Source: Monocercomonoides exilis PA203 (taxonomy: Eukaryota > Protista > Preaxostyla). From it: a stretch of DNA of 64,000 nt. The position numbers were made by a program, and so were the translations under genes. The stretch lies in assembly GCA_001643675.2 (NCBI GenBank), contig LSRY02000020.1:372001-436000 (forward strand), written 5' to 3'. Of the stretch, positions 37,900 to 50,804 are shown in pieces. The notes under the pieces were generated by a model, which did no database searches, was not told the DNA's origin, and saw only the letters and a program-made list of their open reading frames with translations. Within the stretch, counting starts at the first letter, position 1. Every line of letters begins with the position of its first letter.

Positions 37900-39130
37900 T
37901 GAAAATGATATTTGTTTGTTGAATGATTAAAAAAATTGAAATGGGTTTGAAGTTTTTTCTCCAAATGAAAAAAGATTTATTATTTAAAATGAAAACAGTT
38001 ATTAATATTAAAATGTCGTATTTGACATTTTGCAAGAAAACAAGAAATATTATAAAAACAAAGAAAAGAACAGATTTGTGTGAGATTTGTGAGAGAGGGA
38101 ATTTTTTGGGAAAGAAAACGAAAGAAATAGAAAGAAAAGGATAAAAATTGAGCCAAACTGAAGATAATGAATTGAATTTAATAATTCATCATCGAAAAAT
38201 GGACCAACATCAAAGAAACTTTTTTATATGAGAAGAAAGAAAAGCAGAAAAAAGATGAAGTGATTATAATCATGGATTGAAAAGAGAATTGGTGTTTACC
38301 AATTTCAAATAATGAAACTGGTAAATCTTTCTTCAATAAAAAACAAATTTCACATTTATGTTTTGTTGTTTATTATCTTGATTGTTTTGGAGCTTTTCAA
38401 AAATGCAGTTTTTATTTTTTTTTTTCAAAATTTTATCTCAGAATTTTCGTTTTGTTTTGGAGTGTTTGAATAAGTTATTACGTTTCGATTTTTTTTTCCA
38501 ATATTTATTCTTACAACTTTTTTTGCCACAATGGGCTGCATTTTCGTAATTCTCAAATTTTTCATTCATTTTTTTCTCCTAATTCTTTTTTATTAATAAA
38601 TAAACTTTGCTCACTAACATTTTTTGCTAAACATTATTGTAAAAATGAATGTGATAGTGAGTTTGGTTTTTTAACAAATTTATTTAACAATAGGCTTGCC
38701 AATAGAGTTTTGAATGATATTTTGATTTAAATGATTTTTTTTTGTTGTAATTGTCATTCTTATTTATTTAACACAAATTCTGTTTATTCATCTTTTTTCA
38801 TTACTGATTCTTTAAATAGAAATTTAAATTATTCTACAAATATATTTTCGTTTTCTAATCAAAATCAGGTTTCATAAATGAATAAATGGAAGCATCTTTT
38901 TCTAAGGTTTAAAATATTTTTATTTATTTATTGAGACACAAGGAATTAATAGAAATAAACTGTCATGAACTGAGAATTAAACGTGTGAAAAAATATTTGT
39001 TTTTTTTGATAGATACAGGGAAACTTCTCGTTTCTCCGTTCAGCTGAGAAAAAAGCTCAGGTGTGTTTGAAATAGAATATAAAATTATTAAAAAATAAGA
39101 AACAAGAAAAAGGAAAGTTCTTTAAAGAAA
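37900..39130 (+). pseudogene. Sola2-like DDD transposase, second decayed copy
   Basis: KRTDLCEIC, IIIMD*KENWCLP..NETGKSFFNKKQISHLCFVVYY, LSQNF, FCHNGLHFRNS and FFAKHYCKNECDSEFG, collinear with 10870-12060. Confidence 0.65.
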
Positions 39131-40040
39131 TGATAATAATAAAAATGATATTTTTATTTTCGAAAAATGTTAATTCAGAAAATGTGTGAAGAAAGTTATT
39201 GAAATGTTGAATGAAAATTTTAAGTGTGCATCAAGAAAAAAATGTTTTGAATTTTTTTGTTATTTTTTTAAAAAACACAAATTATTCTTTTGATTCAAAT
39301 AGCTTAACAAGCGAAACAGGTGTTTCACAAATTTGAAATTCAAATTTTCAAAATTCACATTTGGACTCATTATCAGATAATTATTCTTTCAACGATTCTA
39401 TTGAAAATTCTTTTTTAAATTAAAAAACTTTTTTAGCAATTTTTCCACTGCATAATTGCAAAAATATGAATGAAAATATGTTATGTTTTTTTTCAAATAT
39501 AGTTTATTTAATTAATTAAAAATAATTGTTTAATAAATAAAGATATAACAAATACCATCGGTGGAAAAAGCGGTCGTTGTGTGAACTGAAATTATGTAAT
39601 TTTTCTTTCATGTTATTATTTTGGCATCACATTTAGCATTTTGTTTTTTGGTAATTATTGCATATCGAACAGAAACATGATTTCACAATTGAAAAAAAGT
39701 GTTTAAACACTATCGTAAATATCTTGTTTTTATTTAAAAAAGCAGCGTGAATTGGAAAATGAAGACAAACACAGTTCTGATTTAATAAATATCTTCAATT
39801 TTTCTTTTTATTTAGTTCTGAACTTTGTTTTCTGATCAGAAGATAATATTCCCTCCTCTTCATAGGTGCTATTGTTTTCATTTCCGTAAAGATTATAATC
39901 TTCAATTTTTTTTCTTCATTATTTTCGATTCTTCGCTTTCGTTTTGCTCTTCTTCTTCTACTCCTCTGTCTTTGTTTGAAATTCCTTTTTTATCCGTTTT
40001 TTCTGTTTTCTTTATCTCAATCGCATGTATTTGTGGACTT

Positions 40041-41420
40041 TTATTCACATAATAACAAACTTTCTTTTGGAAAGAAATCTCCAAGTACGCTTTTCTTCAG
40101 ATCTATTGTGGATAAATATGAAGAAGATGATGCTTTCCACAACAAAGCTGTACCGCACACTTTGGATAACACAGGAGCAGCATCAATATGATGAACTTCA
40201 GTGTTTAAAAATGCAGATTTTATTACAGAATAAGAAGGTGCAGCAGACAAAGATTCTTTTAACACATCTACCAAAGCTTTTCTGAAAAAAGAAGTCGTTA
40301 AATTTGAAGGTCCAATAAATGAATTTTGAAGAACAAGTTTCAATCGAGAAAACACGCAATTGTCACACGGCTGTAAAAGTTGTGTCATATTCGGAGGAAA
40401 GGTTTCGATGATGATATTGTTATGATTAGCAAACGAAACAACCTCCGAATCAAAATAAGTACGGTGATTGTCCGGCAATAGCAGAGCTTTCAAAAATTTT
40501 GACGTTTTCAGTTCATTCGCTATCAGCTGAATCCATTTCTGAATCATGATAAATCGAAATGTTTCCGAATTTATCCAACCTAATGAAGAACCAATATATA
40601 ATATATTTAAAGATGATAAAAAAGAAAACTCTTGTGGTATCTTTTTTCGTGGGTTTATTAATATATAAGGAAGATGAGACACGTCGGCACTAATGCTAAC
40701 ACATAAAGTCGCATTTTCCGATTTGGCAATGAAGAAGGAGAAGGATGTGTTTGTTATTTCCGCAGAAACAAGTTATTCTGTTCCATCACCTACACTAACT
40801 GAAGATTCGTCAAAATTGGAAATATCAGTCTCATTAATTCTATTGGCTGTAATGATGGAAGACAATTTTTGGAACCATTCACGAATTGCCTCTTGTGATT
40901 GAACACGGATTTTTGCAATTTCCATGGGACTGGAAATGCATGCCTTTAATATTGAGCTTCTTTGAATGAGATCAAAGGCATATTTTGAATTAACTTTTTT
41001 CTATTATTTATCTCTTTCACAACTTGCACTTAAAATCTCCAATATCAGAAAAATTAAGGAGTCAAAAAAAATAAAAAAGATCAACTCGTCAAACCATCGA
41101 TTGAATGTTTTTCACTCAAACACTTTTTTGTTCAAAAAAAAGTGCAATGACTTGGTTTTCAACTTTTTCCAATTGTTCACTTGTGATTATTAATGGTTGG
41201 CCAATTCTCCCCACTTCCCGATTAGCTTTCATCGCTGTGAATCCTCGTTCCCATGTCCCGTTTGAAATTGAATTGGAAACTGTAGCAGTTTTCCAGGTTA
41301 TAAAATATTTCTTTTTTATTTCGAAGATTTTTTGTGATGGAGATGATAATATTCGGAAGTCGGATTTTGTTATCAAACGATGAAGAAGGTTAAGAGTGAT
41401 TTTTTTTTGAAGAATCCATT
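40041..41420 (-). pseudogene. pogo-like (DDE_1) DD35D transposase, decayed
   Basis: VGRIGQP, NFDESS (~40805-40820), LGWINSETF, LLLPDNHRTY and LLQPCDNCVF; 35 residues between the second and third Asp. Confidence 0.88.
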
Positions 41421-41719
41421 ATTATTCCTTCGATCATAAACTCTTTTGATCAAATTTCTATGAAAAGGATTTCAATTTGTTGACAAACAGTCAAACAATT
41501 ATTAATTTCATTGTGTTTAGATTATTTCTTCCTATTATTCAATGCGATGATATATTTTTGATTTTGAACTTTGAACAAACTGCAGTGAAAATAACGAAGG
41601 TTCAGAGAATTTTTTTTTCATAAATACCAGTCGATAAATAAATTGCATATCGATTTGAACTTTCACAGGTGCAAATGCTTTTTGTCTTTCTTTTTTTCAT
41701 GTTTTTTTCCAATAAATTT

Positions 41720-43214
41720 GGTAAGTGCATAATATACGACCGATTACAATTTTCTGCGTGGATGATTATAAGAATATTATTAACCGTTTTATATATTTTG
41801 CATGAATTTCTTTTGTGTGGAAACTTTTTTATTGGAACCATGAAATTTATTAACTTTAACTCAAAATATGGGATCGATCAAAATTTTTGATCTAAAAATT
41901 TATTTTGCAATTTTTTTCTGAATGCAAATTGAGGATCGCAAATTCACAATTAGCTTCTTCAACGAATTATTTTATAACGCAAATAATACATGGGAATGGT
42001 TCAGAAATGAAGTGTTAAATCAAAGATACAAAGAATGCAGAAATTGTCACAAGGAAATGGTTCTCTATGAACGAAATCCTAATTCTAGGCAATGGAGATG
42101 CTTCAGATGCAATAAAACAATAAGTCTTCTGTCAAATCTATCAATAGAAAATCAAAAAATAGGAATTGGAAAATTAATGCATATTTTCCTTTTCAAATGG
42201 ATGAAGCTTTCAATCATGCAAACTTCTTCACTTCTTGGTGTGCATAGAAATACAGTTGGTTTTTACTGTTCCCTAGCAACAACAGAAATGGCACAGAGCG
42301 CAGCATCATCGTTTCGACCAATTGGAGGTGAAAATACAATTGTGGAAATTGACGAAGCAATTTTGAACAGAAGAAAATATCATAAAGGCAGATGGAAGAA
42401 GCAGATCTGGCTATTAGGAGCTGTTCAAAGAACTCAGGAAGGGAAACAAGGAAGCTTTTTTATTATCAGAGTTACTAATAGGAAAAAAGATACATCGCTA
42501 CCAATCATTCAAGCGAATGTCTTACCAGGAACTGTGATTCACAGTGATGAATGGAGAGCATACTCATCTCTCAGTGATCTCGGTTATGGTCACAAAACCG
42601 TCTGCCAAAATATCATTTTTAAAACCCAGAATGCAAAATATGCACCAATATGATTGAGGGACTTTGGAGTCAATTTCGAAAAGATTTGCCTCGCACGGGG
42701 CTGAAGGAGAAATTCATTGATGATGATATTTCTTCTTTTGTGTTTGAAAAAAGAAAACAATTAGCATTTGTTGAAACAGAAAGAGAAATTTGTCAATAAA
42801 AAGTGGATGAATATATTGAAGATGAAAAGGAAGACCACTAAGAAGATGATGACGATGGAGATGTGCCAGTTTTTGCTGAACAAAACGAAGAAATTTCTAA
42901 GGATTCGATGGAAGTTAGCGATGGAGCGGAGCATTCTGAATATGAACACGAATAAATAACAGTTGCATTGCTTTTTTCATATTTTTTAAAAAGTATTTGT
43001 TTTTATTTCAATCACAAATTGCAAAAATTTTTGAAAATTTGATAAAGAAAATTTAAAATATTTTTTGATCAAAAAAATTATAATACGAAAAATTCAATTT
43101 TCCGTTCGTGTTTCCGCTAACAGTTGAAAGAAAAAAACATTTGTGCACGACTAGTTATCATCATAGCTTCAGCATATGTTAATTTAATTTACGGTCGTAT
43201 ATTGTGCATTAACC
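41720..43214 (+). mobile_element. Merlin (IS1016/ISXO2-like) transposon
   Basis: TIRs GGTAAGTGCATAATATACGACCG / CGGTCGTATATTGTGCATTAACC. Flanks ATAAATTT versus AAAAATGT match 6/8 as a degenerate 8-bp TSD. Confidence 0.8.
41922..42955 (+). pseudogene. Merlin/ISXO2 DDE transposase (DDE_Tnp_IS1595) with zinc ribbon; frameshift near 42610-42640
   Basis: CRNC..CFRC, IGG..TIVEIDE, RKYHKGR, PGTVIHSDEWRAY, H.TVC, then TNMIEGLWS and an acidic tail in another frame. Confidence 0.92.
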
Positions 43215-43331
43215 AAAAATGTTTCTTTTCAAACAACTTGAACTATTGCTAATCACATCATCAACCGCTTTTTCACCGATAAATTTGTTAATGCTTATCC
43301 AATGAAACCGAATAATATTCTGCTGAGGTCT

Positions 43332-43414
43332 AAACTGATTCAATCCTGTTGCTCAATTAATACTTAATAATTGAGAGACTAGCAGGACTTGGGTCCAGTA
43401 TCAGTTTCCCAGGG
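43332..43414 (+). other. GC-rich structured motif, copy B (candidate ncRNA or cis-element)
   Basis: Stems AAACTGATTC/GTATCAGTTT, TCCTGTTG/TAGCAGGA (two G-U pairs) and CTCAATTA/TAATTGAG; conserved TTGGGTCCAG and TCCCAGGG. Confidence 0.55.
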
Positions 43415-43791
43415 ATGTGAATATTTGTTATCAATATTTTCATTTAAAAAAAATTATAAAAAATTGATAAGAGAAATTTTTAATTTCATATTGAAATTAT
43501 TAACCCTGGGTAAAGTGTAGAATTCTGATGTGACTTTTTCGATTTTTGACGGACTTGACAGATTTTTCTTCTTCACTAGCAATAAAATCAAATTTTCGAA
43601 ATATATATCTTCAAAACAATTTATATTTTTCATAAAAAGCTGCTGGTTTAAATCTTTGTGAGATATAATTTTCGATTATTTAAAAACATCAAAATAACAA
43701 TTTTTCATAATTTCTTGACGAGAAAGCAACAATCGAAAATTTGATACGTCACTAAAGTCACTGACGTCACAACGTCACATCGAGTCAGAAT

Positions 43792-46772
43792 ATGATCGAA
43801 CCAGAAGAAGAAACAAAACTTCAAAATATGCCAAATGAATTACAAAAATGTTTGACAAATGATTATATTGCGTGAACAATAACCATTATTGTACCAATTA
43901 GAAGATTTCTAACATTTATTTCAGAAAGAAATTTTTGAAAAGATGAAAAAGATATTAGAAATAGTAGGCCACAAATTCGTTTGATCACAATAATAGTGCG
44001 AAATAAAATATGAATCAGATGTTCTTATTTATCAATAATTTTCAATGTGAACATCTTTGTGTTTTTCTTTATGGAAAGTGTATGATCATCCTCGAAAAAA
44101 AAATGAATTTCTTTCTCGAATTTCATTTTAAGTTATCGGAAAATCATTATAAATATCTTACACTCTTGTTGATGAAAATAGAACACCAAAAAAAGATTGC
44201 TATAAGTATTATCTGTGCCCGATTTCGAATGATGGATTTTCCTATGGCATTTCAGGCCAAAGAAATTTCTCAATAACTGTTAATCATAAATGTTAATATT
44301 TGAAACACAAAAATATTGTTCGATTCACAAAAGTGTGTAACTCCATATCAATTTGCAAAGATCCAATGTCTCTTTCAATGCTGGATGGTCCAACAAGTGT
44401 TTCAAAATTACAAAAGCAATTCATTTCCTTGATTTGCAGATGCAATTCTTCGTTTTTGTCATCATCATCTATAGAAATGAATTCGTTTATTTTTTCATTG
44501 ATCAAAGCTGGACAAAGCAACACTTCGCTATCATCGGAATCAATATTCCCATATTTGACACGCAAGAAAATCGCACACATGGTTCTTATGGAAAAATCCA
44601 GAGTTGTGAAGGAAAAAGAATCGATAATACGGAACAATGGAGTGAGCATTATGTTGGATGGAGCATCAGTGGCGAATAGAAAGATCATTGTTGTTACGGT
44701 ATCAAAACTATCATTTGACAGCAAAACATTATTTTGGGGATTATATCTACCATGCGGAACTTCCAAAGAGTTCAATATTCTTGTTAACAATCTAATACAT
44801 GAATTCAGTCAATATAACACAATTGTGACAAGTTTTTGTACAGATGGGTTTTCTTCTCAAATCAGAGCCATTGAGAATTTCACAAGCCAGGAAAGAAATG
44901 CAGATTCAATTGAAGAAAGGTATCAGAGATTTATTCCTTTTCATATTTACTGCTTTAATCACTTGACAAATTTTGTTATCACAAATTAATTTTCCAATGT
45001 GCCATTTCTATATGATCTGAAAATTAAAATCTTGATTGTTGATCAAAAAGCCCATTCTAAGTCGAGAAGGAATCTTCAAAAGAAGCGCTCTCCTTCATTT
45101 GTTTCAACATGATGGAATTCCTTGTTTGAAAAAGCTTCGTTCATCAGGAGAAAAAATAAACTAATTCGAAAGGAACATTTAATTGACACGGATAGCCTTG
45201 TGGATATCATCAAAGCAAAAGTGTTCTTATTCCCTTTTCATTTGCTTCATATGTTATTCGAAAATGGCAATACAAAATCGAGTCAAATTTTTAAAATAAT
45301 AATACAAAGTTTTTTGTATTTTAAATATTTTGTTAGAGCAAAAGCCCTTCAAGGAAAATAAATGGTGAAACGTTATTGATAAATCATTGATATTATTGTA
45401 TAATTATTATTTAATTGGAACTCGATGGGAGAACATTGTCCTTTCTTACACTTTCACTCCAACTTGCACGCAATTAATACGAAAACAGCAATTTCCAAAT
45501 AATAATTTATCGACTCCATCAATATTCTCAGTTCGCTATAATAAATCGAACGATTTTTGCCTGAATGATTCCTCAACAACAAAACAAACAACCGTTTCTT
45601 TGTTTCATCCTTTGCAGAAAACCATGGATTTATTGACAAAAGATTATCAAATGTGTTTCATTTTTTCTGAAATCATCTTTTCCTCTTTTTCGTATTTTAA
45701 TTTTTTTATATTATTATTGAAACAAGTTACAACAATAAGTTATGTAAAATTTTGAAAGACACATTCGAAAATGACATAGGTGTAATTGGTTGCTTGCCTT
45801 TCAAAGATTGAGTTTAACATTTTCTTTCATTTTTTAAAGTCAAAGTTATATTCAGGCTGAAATGGAACTAATAAAACAATTGGATGAAAGAAATATTGAA
45901 AATAGTGAAAAAAAAATAAAAAATTGATGATGGGGAAACAGAAGATGATGAAAGCGATGATTTCGGGTTGTTGGAAGAAGAAGAAAATTGCACTGGTGAT
46001 ATGCACGAATTCTTGTCAGAAGAATTCTCACAAAAAATGATCAATATGAAAAAAAGAAGAAAGAAATACATCATCTTCAGGTGATATTTCCAGTCTATTG
46101 AAAACCTCTTTGTCTGAACTGCATTCAACAACTTAACAATTGTCCATTACCTCTAATATTTCTCCTTCAACTTTTTCAGATTTGCCAAAAGGAGAAGCAT
46201 TCTGAAAAGAAACAGGATATGAAGAGAATGATCGATTTATAGAAAACAGAAAAGAAAATGAGGCATATATCCGCAATCGCAGAATATTGAAAACACCACG
46301 TTCTGATCTTGAACGAAATGTATATGACGAAATTGTTGAGCTGTTTTCTTCAAACAAATCGGAATTGTTACTGGAATACAACTAAGAAAAAGAGTTTCAA
46401 AAATATAAACGAATAGAAAATGAAATGCTTGCAGATTGGTTCCCACGGCTTGTTGAATTAATAACAAAATATTCAGAAAAAGTTTTGAGAAGTATTGAAA
46501 AGGAGTTTGTTGAAGGTTGCTTTTTATTATTTGAAAGGCAAACGAAATCAAAGCCTGAAGAGCTGTTTGAGTTAAATTCAGAAATACATTTCAATTTTCT
46601 AGCAGAATTCAAAAGTTTACAGATGATTTACTCCGGTCTGTGTCTTTCATTGATTGTTTCTTCCTGCAGTGAATCCAGCTGTGAACGAATCATATCAAAA
46701 ACGAAAAATATAATTGGAGAACAAAGGTTTTCATTTATATTACAAACATTTGAGGCAATTCTTCATGTTTGA
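43792..46772 (+). pseudogene. hAT-superfamily transposase, decayed
   Basis: VSIMLDG, FCTDG, HIYCFNHLTNF, FVST*WNS and C-terminal SSCSESSCERIIS. Start at ATG 43792 is inferred. Confidence 0.85.
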
Positions 46773-46892
46773 AACGATTCTATTATCATTTCGTTACAGC
46801 TTCATTTCCTTTAAATATTCTTTCTTTCAACAAAACTTTTTTTAAAATTCGAATTTGCTAACTTTAATTCATAAATACTTTTTTTTCTTCCA

Positions 46893-46960
46893 AATAAAAA
46901 ATAAAAAATAAAAAAATAAAAAAAAAAGGAAAAAAAAGGAAAAAAAAGGAAAAAAAGGTA
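46893..46960. repeat. A-rich simple repeat (AAAAAAT units, then ~AAAAAAAAGG x4)
   Basis: Directly visible. Confidence 0.8.
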
Positions 46961-47028
46961 AAAATAGAAATAAATAGAAAAATTTGACAATAAGTCATAA
47001 TTAATTAAAAAGAAATATGGATTAAAAT

Positions 47029-47268
47029 GTCAAAAATATTTAGAAAAGTTCCTTTTGTTTTATTTTAATAAAAATATGAAATTACATATTTAAATCAAAT
47101 TTATGTTCACTCTCATCAAATTTTGCTTTCATGAAAACGAAATTTTGATAATGTTATTTTATTTATTTTTGAGAATTTTCGTGAGTGGGAACAGAGATTT
47201 GTTAAAAATATGAAATTTTTTATTTTTTTGAAAATTATACAAATGGAACTTCACAAATAAATTAAGAC
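47029..47268. mobile_element. 240-bp MITE, AWWT family (AAAT TSD)
   Basis: AAAT|GTC...GAAAAGTTCCTTTTG...GGAACTTCAC...GAC|AAAT; homologous along its length to 51172-51411. Confidence 0.75.
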
Positions 47269-47817
47269 AAATATGGTTGAAACTTTTGATATTATCTAAA
47301 TTATAACAAATTTGTTTGATCAAGATATGCAATCACAGAATTATTTGTTAAACAAATTTAGCAATTTTTTTATTTCACTTATTTTAAAACACATATACTC
47401 GAATAAATGGAGTGAAAACTGATATTCACTCGAATATGATTTGTTAAAATGACCCTATTGCTTTCTTTTCAATATTTATTCGTGAAATAAGATATAATAA
47501 ACGATATGCAGCATTTTTGATTAAAAAATTTTTGTGAAACAGCAAAAATAGAACTATATCGAAAATATTGCAGTGTGCAGCTATTAACATTTTTGAAGTT
47601 TTCTTAATTACATTCAATTTTTTGTTTTTTATCGAAGAATTGTTGTCCTTGCTTTAAAATTGCACCTGCAACTTTCAAAATAAGAATATTAAAGAAATGA
47701 TTGGATTGATTTAAAAATTGTGCATTTATTGTTTTATTCAATTTTCATGTTCTTATTTTCGACATAATCAATAGAAATTCAAAGAAAGAAAAAAAATCAA
47801 TAATTATTACATGTTTG

Positions 47818-48249
47818 CAGCTGAAACACTTTGAAAAATGGAAAGCAATTTACAGATATCGCAAAAAAATCAGGACATCGCGCAAAATACAGGACAAGAT
47901 CGATTTCACAATAACTGCAAGAGGTCTAATTGTGACAATTTTCTTCTAAATATATCTCATCAATACTAACTCAAATGATAAACGAGACTTTCAAGACTTC
48001 CTCATTTATGCTCAGAAAAAAATTATTACTAAAATCTCGGATAAATAGGATTTTGAGTTTCTCCGAAATTACGATAAATATTTTTTCTGAGCACAAACGA
48101 AGCTGTCCTGAAAGTCTTTTATGTCACACAAGCTTGTATTGATGATATGTGTTTTGAGGGAAATTATCGGAATTTATCTTCTTGCGGTTATTGAGATATC
48201 GATCTTGTCAGGTATTTTTTGCACAAACTGTTTTTGATGTTTCCAGCTG
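47818..48249. repeat. Diverged foldback/MITE
   Basis: GACAAGATCGATTTCACAATAACTGCAAGA pairs with TCTTGCGGTTATTGAGATATCGATCTTGTC; GCTCAGAAAAAA pairs with TTTTTTCTGAGC; ends are CAGCTG. Confidence 0.75.
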
Positions 48250-48357
48250 TGGAAAGAATGATTTTGATAAACTTCTGTTGAGGGTAACAATACACCACAA
48301 TCCAAAACCTGTATATTAAAGCAGATAATTACTTGTTATTCATTTTCAAAAAAAAAT

Positions 48358-49578
48358 TATCATCTCAAACCTCCGGGTTTGTGAGAAATAAAATTTTTAA
48401 ATTTTGGGAAAATATCCACTTTTTTTGGGATGGGTCAAATTTGATCGCTTGATGTCTCACATTCCGGTTCGCAAAACTAACATTATACAAAAAACAAAAC
48501 TGTTACAAGATTTTAAAGCAGTTTGGAATTGGACAATGAGGTTTATGCCATTTGAAGTGAACTGAAGATGCCCTAAGTGCAGGAATAATTTCTCCATAGA
48601 AGCTCGAGATAATTACAGAAATTACAGGTGTAACAGATGTGGAAAATACTGCTCATTGTTAGGATTGATTCCTTTGAAAAATTCAAAAATACCTATAGAG
48701 AAAATGATGATGATATTTCTGTGTTTCTGGATTAATATAGAAATATATCAGTGTGGCTTTTTGACTGATGTTTAAAGACATACTGTAGGAGGTTTTATTC
48801 CATTGGAATAGCATGCATGTCCGATTACGGTTCAACATCTTTCGAAAAGCTTGGTGGCCCAGGAATAATTATTGAAACAGATGAAGCAATTCTGCGAAAA
48901 AGAAAGTTTGGAAAAGGAAGAAGAAAGAAACAGACATAGTTATTCGGAATGATAGAAAGAAAAGAAAATGTTTGATTGTGAGAGTGAAAAACAACAAAAA
49001 AGAGACATTTATGCCAATTATCGAAGATAACACAATTCCAGGATCAACTATTTACTCAGATGAGTGGAATACCTACAGCTCATTATCATCTTTAGGTTAT
49101 GATCATCACACTGTTTGCCACAAATACAATTTTGTTGATCCAGAAAGTGGCATTTGTACAAATTTGATTGAAAGCACTTGGACAAGCTTTAGAAAATCTC
49201 TTCCTTGAAATGGAATAAAAGAAAAATACATTGATGACTTTGTGGCAAACTTTGTTGATAAAAGATCAGAAACACATGAATTTGAAGATTTCATTCAAAA
49301 ATCACTTGTTTATAAGCACTTAAATGTGGAAAAAGAAATGGATGAAACTGAAAAAGACGAAACTGAAGAATCTGATGAAAGTGATGTGCCGGTTTTAAAT
49401 GAAAATGATGAAGAAACGGAAGATGATTTTGATTTTTTAGGAGCGGATGATGGAGCAGATGCATCATAGAATGAATTGTGACAAATTTATTTTTTTCAAT
49501 CACATTTTGACCCTAAATAACATATTTTCTAAAAAATTCATTTTCGCTTTTCTTTCAAACCCAGAGTTGTAAGTTACC
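48358..49578 (+). mobile_element. Second Merlin-like element with decayed transposase (~48450-49469)
   Basis: CPKC..CNRC, LGGPGIIIETDE, RKFGKGR, PGSTIYSDEWNTY, HHTVCH and CTNLIESTW. A ~80-bp imperfect inverted repeat lies at 48358-48445 versus 49500-49578. Confidence 0.85.
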
Positions 49579-49602
49579 GAAAATGTTATAATACAACGAA
49601 TA

Positions 49603-50051
49603 CAGTCAAAACCGGATATAATCGCATCGAATACAATCACATTCGTATATTGTCACATTTTTCCATGCACCGACATTTTTGGCCTTTTTTCATTCATTTT
49701 TCATCGCATATAATCACAGGGATGAAAATATATAATCTCATTTTGTTTTATTATGGGTGAATTATTCAATGAAAATTCGATTTTTTGATAAAGAATTTCA
49801 GTTTTTTGATTTTTCAAAATAATGTTAAAATAAGTCTTCATAACATAATAAAATCCGAAAAATTGTTTTATCTATTGAAAAATGCGTTTTTATGAAGAAT
49901 TCCCAAAAATTAAAAAAACGACACTAAATTAATTAATTAATTAATTTTGTTTTGTATTTTTCTGTGAAATGGATCATCGTATATTATCGCAATCAGATAT
50001 GATCAAATAAAGTTGTGCAAATCCAGATGTGATAATATCCGATTAAGACTG
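49603..50051. mobile_element. pogo/Tigger-type MITE with TA TSD
   Basis: TA|CAGTCAAAACCGGATATAATCGCATC ... GATGTGATAATATCCGATTAAGACTG|TA, with internal TCGTATATT(G/A)TC repeats. Confidence 0.8.
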
Positions 50052-50804
50052 TATTCAGAATTCAAAAAAGTTTATCAATTACTGTCTTTCTTTCGATCTA
50101 TTTTCTTTTCCTTTTTTTAAAGAAAAATTGTCACGCTTTCAAATATTTTATTCAATAAAAATCCTTTCAAAATAAAAATCCACAAATCTTAAGTAACATT
50201 GAAACATCCAAATATTTTTTATAGAATAAAAATTTCAATAGATATTTTTATTCTGAATATTAGTGTGTATTTTATCGAATTGCTTTTTTGTGAAAACAGA
50301 TATTGATTTATCGTTATTCAATTTGTTATAGTCAGTGTTAATGGTTGTTGAGATAATACCATAGTCCACAGTAATTGAAAGTGTTCACATTTATTGACAG
50401 TTGCATTTCATCAATGAACCCAACTATTCCCTCGATGAATATGAACAAATATGAATAGTTTTTATCACCATCCCAATACAATGAAATTTATTAAAAAATA
50501 ATTTTCACTTTTCGGAGAAACTGGGAGAAATAAGATTATCCGAGTTTCTCTAAAAATAAAAAATGTTTTTTTCTTTATCCTTATAGAAGGGTGAAAAACC
50601 TGTGCACAATGGCAAATACAATTCTTTGTTCAAAATGTGTATATGAAACAGTGTTTTTTTGCTTTGAAGCATCATTCATAAAGGTGATTTTCACTATTAT
50701 TGTTATAATTATCAAAAAATGGAAAAAATGATTAAAAAGTTTTAGCTTTTTGATGTCACATCATATTTCAATTGTCTAAATGTGCGTTTCACTTTTTTTC
50801 ACAA

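Larger units (their letters stand above)
39545..43290 (-). mobile_element. pogo-like element containing a nested Merlin element (ends approximate)
   Basis: ATCGGTGGAAAAAGCGGTCGTTGTGTGA (from 39557) is inverted at TCACATCATCAACCGCTTTTTCACCGAT (to 43280). Confidence 0.6.

Noticed and set aside
41922-42955. Bacterial IS1595 contamination
   Set aside because: Nested in eukaryotic pogo sequence within continuous eukaryotic DNA; fits the Merlin superfamily.
43408-43510. CAGGGATG as the left TIR of the adjacent hAT element
   Set aside because: No matching right end or 8-bp TSD was found after 46772, and CCCAGGG is also part of the conserved structured motif.
5460-46772. Alternative genetic code (TAA/TAG=Gln, or TGA read-through) explaining the broken ORFs
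   Set aside because: Interruptions include all three stop codons plus frameshifts, and TGA replaces different expected residues (e.g. Gly in CG, Arg in TRW). This is decay.
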